Below, piece by piece: positions 17,798 through 25,600 of a stretch of DNA of 32,000 nt. This DNA is from Halomicronema hongdechloris C2206 (GTDB lineage: Bacteria; Cyanobacteriota; Cyanobacteriia; Phormidesmidales; Phormidesmidaceae). Position 1 is the stretch's first letter. The number at the start of each line of letters is the position of its first letter. Location: assembly GCF_002075285.3 (NCBI RefSeq), contig NZ_CP021983.2, forward strand, positions 5,070,001 through 5,102,000. The letters run 5' to 3'. The position numbers were made by a program, and so were the translations under genes. The notes below the pieces were generated by a model that saw only the letters and a list, made by a program, of their open reading frames with translations, was not told the origin of the DNA and searched no databases.

Positions 17798-19009
17798 CTA
17801 CAGTCGACTCAGCCAGGTCTCGACCTCTGGGCGCTCGAGCTCATCAGCCAGGGGTTGCACGATGGTGCGATCGCGCAGAATAGTCGCCACGGTGGCCTCG
17901 GGATAGGCCCGATAAAACACCTGGGAGGGCAGTTGCTGGTCATTGCGGAAAAACTGCTTGAAGGCGACGATATCCACGGCCCCGGCCTGGGGATAGCCTG
18001 CCACGTTGTTCCAGATGGAGTTGAGGCCATCGCTGGCCCGGTCGGCAAAGTCGCCCAGGTAGTTGTCGAAGGAGCCATCGTAATGGGTGACAAACAGCAG
18101 ATGCTTGCCACCATCGACGATGGCCCAATGGGCGAAGTGAATGGAGCGAATATTCGAGAGGGACCCCGGCGGAAACAGATTGCGGGCGGCAAAGTGAATC
18201 AAACACAGCACGATGCGCAACCGCAGCAGGCGGCCCCGCCTGACGGTGGACAGCAGATGCAGATGGTTGATGCCGTGCACCACTTCCGGTCGCTGCAGGG
18301 TGCGCAACCGCTCGAAGTCGACGTTGACACCGATATATTCCCCGGCCAGGCGCTTTTTCTCAGGGGCGCCCAGGATGCCGCCGACGAACCGCAGAATCCG
18401 CAGGATAATCTGCCGGATCAGGTGGCAAATGCCGCCGATCAGCCGCTCGATCAATTGCCAAAACCTGGCCCCCACTAAAGCTAGGGCCTGCCACAGGGTC
18501 AGGGGCCGCTTGAGGCTGAACAGAGCATTCAGCAGGGGTTTCAGCCCCGGCTGATCGAGGTAATCGGCGACGGTGTCCTGGTCTAGCAGATCTTCTAGGG
18601 TGCGGCGAATCTGGAGTCGCTTGCGAATGCTGCCTACGGTCTCTCCCTGGATGGCGATGTAGGCGGCCTGAGCCCGGCAGGAATGGGCCTTGATGAAGGA
18701 CTCAAAGGACGCTCTGCCGCCATAGCCGTCGCACTTACTCCAGAGGGCATCCATGTCGGGGCTGAGGCTGACCAGTTCTTGCAGATAGGCGGGTAGGCTG
18801 CCGTCGTAGTTGCCGGTCATCAATAGCCGTTGGCCGTACTCGGGGTCAGCGATAATGGCCAACCGCAAAAAGTGGGTCTTCTGACTCTTGGCAATCTGCA
18901 GGTAGGGGTTGCCGGTCAGATCCGTTGCGATCGCATCTAAGACCTGGCGCAGAGCCGGCTCCTCTCCAGAGCGGATGGGAGCAATCACGGTCAGGGGTTG
19001 GTTGGCCAT
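17798..19009 (-). CDS. hypothetical protein with internally duplicated DyP/chlorite-dismutase-like alpha+beta barrel halves
   Basis: The two halves share a motif pattern: THFLRLAIIAD..LLMTGNYDGSLPAYLQELV versus IHFAHWAIVDGGKHLLFVTHYDGSFDNYLGDFA. I set the start at ATG 19009 (MANQPLTVIAPI). It lies 48 nt upstream of the DyP gene. Confidence 0.6.
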   Translation of the reverse strand: MANQPLTVIAPIRSGEEPALRQVLDAIATDLTGNPYLQIAKSQKTHFLRLAIIADPEYGQRLLMTGNYDGSLPAYLQELVSLSPDMDALWSKCDGYGGRASFESFIKAHSCRAQAAYIAIQGETVGSIRKRLQIRRTLEDLLDQDTVADYLDQPGLKPLLNALFSLKRPLTLWQALALVGARFWQLIERLIGGICHLIRQIILRILRFVGGILGAPEKKRLAGEYIGVNVDFERLRTLQRPEVVHGINHLHLLSTVRRGRLLRLRIVLCLIHFAARNLFPPGSLSNIRSIHFAHWAIVDGGKHLLFVTHYDGSFDNYLGDFADRASDGLNSIWNNVAGYPQAGAVDIVAFKQFFRNDQQLPSQVFYRAYPEATVATILRDRTIVQPLADELERPEVETWLSRL

Positions 19010-19198
19010 GCCGACCTCAAGGGTGGGGATAGAGACTGGCTGGGAACACAGGCTGCTACCCATTAGTATTGACGCCACACCGGAGAAGTCAAGAGAACTT
19101 AATGGTTTTTTGGCCAAAACTGCCAGAAACCCCCAGATTTTGTTGGCCTAGCCCACACAAATGTTGGATCTCTTCAAGAAAAGCAATATCGCGTTCAA

Positions 19199-19597
19199 CT
19201 ATCCCCAGCTCAAGGCAATTAACCCCTGCAGCAGCAGTAGTGCCAAGCCAATCAGGGTGGGCCACCACCAGCGAGCGGCCCGGCCGCCGTGGTCGAGGGC
19301 ATAGTCAAAATGGGGGGTCTCTAGCTGGTATAGAGTGACTGCCACCAGGCCATTCAAGATCACCAGGGCTGGGAACCTGACCCAGACCAACACCAGGCTC
19401 AGAACCAGCAAGACCAGAGACGCCACCACGAAAATATTCCCTTTCTGGCCCTCTCCCCGCCGGATCAAGTTGAGGCCGTAGAGCACCAGGCCAAAAAAGG
19501 GACCGAATGCTAACGTATGTAGCGCCAGGGTGAGGGGGCTGTAGAGGGGAGCCCTGGGAGTGGGTTCGGTCTCGACCGTATCCCCAAAGCTCGGCAC
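19199..19597 (-). CDS. small integral membrane protein (3-4 predicted TM helices)
   Basis: Hydrophobic segments LTLALHTLAFGPFFGLVLYGL, IFVVASLVLLVLSLVLVWV, LVILNGLVAVTLY and WWWPTLIGLALLLLQGLIAL. GTG start. No recognisable family. Confidence 0.5.
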   Translation of the reverse strand: MPSFGDTVETEPTPRAPLYSPLTLALHTLAFGPFFGLVLYGLNLIRRGEGQKGNIFVVASLVLLVLSLVLVWVRFPALVILNGLVAVTLYQLETPHFDYALDHGGRAARWWWPTLIGLALLLLQGLIALSWG

Positions 19598-20399
19598 CCA
19601 GAGACTATAGCCGAAGATATTGATGTAGTTTGCTCATGTCAGTACGCGCCTTCAGGCCAGCTGCCTATCCATATCTCCATTTAGCCGGAAGCGGTGCTCC
19701 CCGGAGCCAGAAATCAACAATTTGCATCACTGGGCATGCTGAGTTGCCAAGGCATCGATTCCATCGGTTACAGGATTAAATCCCAAGTCATGGTTTAAGC
19801 ACACTGCTGTTCTTATGGAGAGGTAAAGATTGATGCCAGAGATAGATATCATGTCATCCCCGGACTCGGCCCAGTTGAGAGTGATTGGAGCTTTGTCGAA
19901 GTCTGGGTTGACCCAATGCTATCTCCTCCCTATGTAATTGCTACTCCTTGGCCATGCATCAGGGGAGCATCGTGTGTATGATCCAGCTGATGGCTATAAG
20001 GTTGTCTTCACGGCGTCGACCTATGACGAAACTCAGACGTGGCTGCTGGAAGACGAATACGAACCGGTTGAAGGCCGGCTATTGGCTACAGAGGTGTAGC
20101 AACTGGCTACGCTGTCATCGCTGAATACGTTCAGCAATGAGGTGTCTGCATGTATCTCGATCTGATAAATCCCCAGCTGATAGTAAATGCCGTGGCATTG
20201 TATCGCGTGGGATTGAGATTCCTCCCTCCGGTCGGAATGACATCTTCAGAATGCCTTGGGCAACGTACTTATATCTCCGTCGCACTTACCGGCCAGGGCA
20301 ATAAATTTCTCCTCGGAGTGATCTCCCCACCCGGATTTGGGGGTACAACGGTAGGCAACTCCCATATGCCGTTTACTGACCTCTGCCCCCCGTGTTTGA

Positions 20400-21741
20400 C
20401 GTCGGCAATTTTTCCAAGCCACCAACCCCGCCCGCACCCTCGATCCCGGCGATGCCGATGATCGCAGACTCTACATTGATTTCTCGGCGGTGCGGGGGGA
20501 GCAGATCATCACCGAGATCAAGGACCTAATCACCTTCTATCAACCGGATGACCCCACCTGCCCCTGTTTACGGGGCATATCGGCTGCGGCAAGTCTACGG
20601 AACTGCTGAAGCTGCGCCACGAACTAGAGGCGGAAGACTTTTATGTGGTTTATTTCGAGTCCTCAGAGGATCTGGAATGGAAATGCGATGTGGACATCGG
20701 TGATGTGCTGCTGGCCATGGCTCGTCGGCATCAGCCAGAGCCTGGAAGGGCTGAAGCTGGGGGAGGCCAAGGGGCTGCGGGGCCTGCTGCAGGGGGCAGC
20801 CAAGATCCTGATGAACGAAATTGAACTGGAAGGCTCGCCGAGTTCATGGGGGTGGGTGTCAGGCAATAGCCAGGGAGAGTTGTCCCTGTCGGCGGGCATC
20901 GGCAAGATCACCGCCCGGGCCAAGAGCGACGCCACCCTGCGGGATCGGCTGAATCAATTTCTCGGCCCCCAGAAGAACCAATTGCTGGAGGCCATCAATG
21001 AGGAGTTATTAAAACCTGCGATCGCACATCTGCTGCAGCAGGGAAAACGGGGGCCTGGTGGTAATCGTGGACAACCTGGACCGGGTCGACAATCGTCCCA
21101 AAGCCTTTGGTCGCTCCCAGCAGGAATATCTATTCATCGACCAGCACGAGTGCTTGCGCCAGCTGCACTGCCACAAGGTCTACACCATGCCCTTGGCCCT
21201 GAAATTCTCCAGTGAGTATGGCCTGCTCACGGCCCGCTACATCGAGGACCCCAAGGTGCTGCCTATGGTGCCCGTCACCCTGCGAGACGGCACCACCTGC
21301 GAAGAAGGCATGCGGCGATTGCAGCAGATGGTCCTGGCCCGGGCCATGCCCGATGTGCCGGAGGCCGAACGGTTACAGCGCCTTCCCGACCTCTTCGACT
21401 CCAGCGAGTCCCTGGTCCGGCTCTGCTCCGTCAGCGGTGGCCACGTGCGCGATCTGCTGCGGCTGCTGAACGGCTGGATCCGCAAAGGCCGCGCCTTCCC
21501 CCTGCAACGATCGAAACTGGAAGAGGTGATCCGGGCCCGCCGCAACGAAATGACCCTGCAGCTGTCGGAAGCGGAATGGGAGCTACTGCACCAAGTGCGG
21601 CAACGCAAACGAGTCGGCGGCGACCAAGACTACCAAACCCTGATCCACAGCCGTCTAGTCTTCGAGTATCGCGACCAAGGCGAATCCTGGTTTGACGTGA
21701 ATCCGATTTTGCTGGAAGCGAGGGAGTTGAGTGGCGAGTGA
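20400..21741 (+). pseudogene. P-loop ATPase (AAA/KAP-like, GCGKSTEL type) with at least 3 frameshifts and no start codon
   Basis: Pieces in three frames join into one protein: NPARTLDPGDADDRRLYIDFSAVRGEQIITEIKDLITFYQPDDPTC | LFTGHIGCGKSTELLKLRHELEAEDFYVVYFESSEDLE..DVLLAMARR | ISQSLEGLKL...AIAHLLQQGKR | LVVIVDNLDRV... to the stop at 21741. Frame changes lie near 20558-20572, 20720-20732 and 21043-21056. The first frame opens right after a TGA at 20397-20399 with no in-frame ATG, GTG or TTG. Confidence 0.7.
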
Positions 21742-21763
21742 CGAGTGACGAGTGACGAGTGGC
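21729..21763 (+). repeat. heptamer tandem array GAGTGRC x5
   Basis: Read directly. The stop codon of the ATPase pseudogene (TGA 21739-21741) lies inside the array. Confidence 0.9.
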
Positions 21764-21802
21764 AGTGGATTATCCGCCCTGCCTCATCTCCCTAACCCAA
21801 CT

Positions 21803-21844
21803 CTTCACCCTTCACTCTTCACCCTTCACCCTTCACTCCCCACC
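21803..21844 (+). repeat. heptamer tandem array CTTCACY x5 plus CCCCACC
   Basis: Read directly in the intergenic gap between 21741 and 21897. Confidence 0.9.
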
Positions 21845-21896
21845 TCCCCAGCCAAGACATCCGCTATTTTTATAGACAAGTTCCCGCCCTGCCTAC

Positions 21897-22637
21897 ATGA
21901 GTACCTCGCCCCCTACAGACACCTTTGCCTTCGGTGATGACTCGGCCCACAACCAAGCGGCCCTGGAGGAGTTGGCCAGTGCGATCGCATTTGGCCAGGG
22001 CGCCGATACGATCACCCTGTTGTTGGTGCGCTGTAACTATGGTCGGCTATGCGATCGCATGGTGGCGGCCCTGCTGACGAAGCTGGAATCGGAAGCCCTG
22101 CAAGGGGCGGTGCATGTGCTGCGGCTGCAGGCCCACGACCACAACCTCTATGGGTTAGTGCAGGCCACCACCGAAGAGCAGCGACCGGGGGCGGTGCTGG
22201 TGTTGGGCACCGAAGCCGTGGATTCCTTGGAAGTGCTGCTGGTGGAGATGAACAAGCGACGGGAGGAGTTTCGCCGCGACTTTCCCTTCCCCCTGGTGCT
22301 GTGGTTCACCGATGACGGCTATCGGCAGCTCTCCCACCATGCCAATGACTTCGAGAGCATCGCCGGCGGCGAAAACCATCGAGTTTCGTCTGGCCGGGGC
22401 GACTCTGGCCCAGCAGTTGCAGCAGGCGGCCCAGCGCATGTTTGCCGCCCTCCTGGCCCCCGATAGCCCCGAGTCCTTCAATGACCGCCTGGAAAACCTG
22501 GACCTGAGGCTCCCTGCAGCCCCAGGAAGTGGCCCTGGCCCTGGCCGATCTGCAGGCCCAAGCCTATCCCCTCGATGCTGATTTACAGGCCAGCGTGGCC
22601 TTTGCCCAGGGGCTGAAATCTGCCTAATGACGAGGCC
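21897..22637 (+). pseudogene. disrupted N-terminal module of the downstream giant nSTAND/CHAT protein
   Basis: The ORF from ATG 21897 (..LLLVRCNYGRLCDRMVAALL..FPFPLVLWFTDDGYRQLSHHANDFESIAG) continues sensibly only after a frame change near 22368-22376 (KTIEFRLAGATLAQQLQQAAQRMFAALLAPDSPESFNDRLENLDL). A second change is needed near 22500-22512 (SLQPQEVALALADLQAQAYPLDADLQASVAFAQGLKS), and a third near 22612-22622 to join NLPNDEAVALFEQS.. of the 22638 ORF. Confidence 0.6.
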
Positions 22638-25600
22638 GTGGCCCTGTTTGAGCAGAGTGCCGCCCACTGGCAGAGCCAACCCGATGCCCCCCAGGCGGCC
22701 CTGAAGCGGGGGCTGGCCCTGTTTTACCTGGGGCGAGCCCAGTACTTCATCGCCGACAACGCCAAATATCGCCAGCCGGATTGGGCCAGGGCCGTGACTC
22801 CCCTGCAGGAGTGTCTGCGGGTGTTCGACCAGGCCGGTCGACCGGATCTGGTGGCCCAGGGCATCACCCAGCTAGAGCGCACCCTGCGCCGGTTAGCGCG
22901 TTGGGATGATTTGCACGAGCTGGCCCAGCGGTCCCTGGCCCTGCACCAGACCTATGGCCCCCCCAGCAAGCTGGCCCAAGACTATGGCCATTTGGCGGCT
23001 GTGGCCCTGCAGCAACACCGCTGGCCAGCAGCGGCGGCGTATGCCCGCCAGGCCCTCGACACCCTGCCCCCCCGCCCCAGCAGCTGGCGCATTCTGTTTC
23101 TCAAGACCCTGGCCAACGCCGAGTATGCCGCGGCAGAGGTGGCCGCCGCTACAGAGCATCTGCAAGCCGCCCGGGCTCTGGGGGTGATGGAGCATCCCAA
23201 GCTCTACAGCGATGTGCTGGCCTTGCTGCAACAGTGCCTGCGAGATCAGCGGCAGTACCTAGAGGCCTTCACCATCAAGCGGCAACGGCTGGCCATCGAG
23301 AAGCAATACGGCCTGCGGGCCTTCATCGGAGCCGGTCGGTTACGGGCCCAACGCACGGAACAGCAGGCCACGGTGCGCTCAGAGCCCCAAACCCTGGAAG
23401 ACATCGCCCCGGAAATCACTGCCTCCGGCCGCTCTCGCGATCTGAACCAGCTGCTGAACCGCATCGCCGGCAAGACCCACAAGTTGCTGGTGCTCCATGG
23501 CACCTCCGGGGTGGGGAAAAGCTCTCTGGTCAATGGCGGTCTGCTACCGGCCCTGCAGGGTCGGGCCCTGGATAACCGCGACAACCTGCCGGTACTGATC
23601 CGCCAATACACCGACTGGCCCCAGGAACTAGCCACCCGCCTAGACCAAGCCCTGGCCCTGCTCCCCGCTCCCCGCCTGAGACCACAATCTCTCCCCTCCC
23701 CTGCCACCGATCCCACCCCTCGCCCCCCTGCGACGTCCCTCAGGGCAAACTCGTCACTCGCCACTCGTCACTCGTCACTGCTTACCACCCTGCGCCGGTG
23801 CGAAGCCGCCACCCTACGGCCGGTGTTCATCTTCGACCAATTCGAGGAATTCTTCTTCGCCCACAGCGATCCCCTGGCCCGCCGCGACTTCTTTCAATTC
23901 ATCGCCGACTGCCTGGAACTGCAACCCAGCGCCCTCAAGATCGTCTTGTCCCTGCGGCAGGATTACCTGCACTACCTGCTGGAGGCAAAGCAACTGGTGC
24001 GGCTGAACCAGCTAGCCGAAGGCTCCATGGCCCGCTCCCAGCTGGAAGACATCCTCGGGAAACAGGTGCTCTACGAAATCGGCAACTTTGCCCCCGCCGA
24101 TGCCAAGGCCATCATCCAGCAGCTGGCCTCGGGCTCCCGCATATTTCTGGAACCGGCCCTGATCGACGCTTTGGTGGCGGATCTGGCCGGTCCCCTGCAG
24201 GAGGTACGCCCCATCGAGATGCAGATCGTCGGGGCCCAGCTGCAGACGGAGGGCATCCAGACCCTGGACCAGTATCGCCACCTGGGGGAGCAGCCCAAGG
24301 AGACCCTGGTGCAGCGCTACCTGGAAGACGTGGTCATCGACTGCGGCGAAGAAAATCGCCAGCTGGCGGAGTTGGTGCTGTTTCTGCTCACCGACGAACG
24401 CGGCACCAGACCCCTGAAGACCAAACCGGAACTGCTGCGGGACTTGGGAGCCTTGGGCATCCCCATCACCCCATCACCCCTAAGCCCTCCGGGCAGGCTC
24501 CGCCAACACCCCATTACCCCATCACCCCCCCACCCCATCACTCCCCCACCTGCGACGAATGCCCAAGACGACAACCTGGATCTAGTACTGCGTATCCTCT
24601 GCGGCTCCGGCATCGGCATTCACTTGCCCGATAGCCCGGATGATCGCTATCAGCTGGTCCATGATTATCTGGCTGGGGTGATTCGAGAGCATCAAGCCCC
24701 TCGATTAGAGGCGCTGATGGCAGAACTGGAGGAAGAGAAGCGCAGACGGCTGGAAGCAGAATCTGAAACGTTGGTGCTGACAGAAGCCAACCGCAAGGCA
24801 AGACGACGACTGTTCTGGAGTTCAGGATTGCTAGCCGCTTCCCTGGTTGCAGCTCTGCTAGCAGGTACTTTTGCAGGTACTGCAACTAATAAAGCTAATC
24901 GAGCAGAACAGGAACTTATCGCCAAGGAACAATCGGCTCAAGATGCTGAGATAAGAGAACGAGAAGCAAGAGCAGAACTAGAACAAGCCGAAGCCGAAGC
25001 CCAACAAGCTGCCAGAGATCTGACACGACTAGAAACTCAAGCAAAGATTTCTGAGCAAGAAATTGAAGCAGCTAGGATTCAGTTTGCTCAGCTTGAGCAG
25101 AAAGCTGCGACAACTCAGCGAAAAAATCAAGAAATCCAGGAAGACTTAAATAGGGCTACATCAGCCATTCAAGAGATAGAAAGTGAGCGGGAGAGATTAA
25201 TACAAGAGCAAGAAGCTCTTATTAAGCGTGAAAGACAGATTCGCAATGATCTTAACATCTCGCAGGAGGAGCTAGAGTCTATTCAAAATGAGCTGTCTAG
25301 TAGTCGGTTTCAGTTAGAGGAGATAGAAAATGACTTGGTTGCCAATATATCTGAGGTCTTAAAACTCACCAGAGAGCAAACTAGTCATGAGGTTACGCCA
25401 GCAATTCTCTATGTGAACTTTGCACCTAAAAAGGACTTCCCGCAAGGAGATGAGGACTATAGTTTAACACTTTGGCTGATCACTTATGATGGTCAATCTA
25501 TCAAGGAAAACATTGATTCAGTGACTCAAGAAAAAGTCCTTTTGGCCATTGACAATATTCAACGAGGATATCGAAGGCGTGACTTAAAGGTCCTAGAAGA

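Noticed and set aside
17519-18478. 319-aa plus-strand ORF antisense to the DyP and duplicated-barrel genes
   Set aside because: It is a Gly/Pro/Ala/Gln-rich shadow frame of GC-rich coding sequence. The opposite strand carries recognisable motifs. The same reasoning applies to 22155..22679 (-), 23246..23764 (-), 23798..24634 (+), 15415..15789 (+), 8838..9251 (+) and similar.
20150-20461. Plus-strand 103-aa ORF and minus-strand 63-aa ORF (20246..20437). The minus-strand text (..TRGAEVSKRHMGV..ALAGKCDGDISTLP.. then ..PRHLLSAGDLSD..) faintly recalls tyrosine-recombinase box I and II
   Set aside because: The resemblance is only a few residues, the spacing is far too short, and it needs frame changes. 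I cannot support an integrase call without a profile search (HMMER against Phage_integrase would decide).
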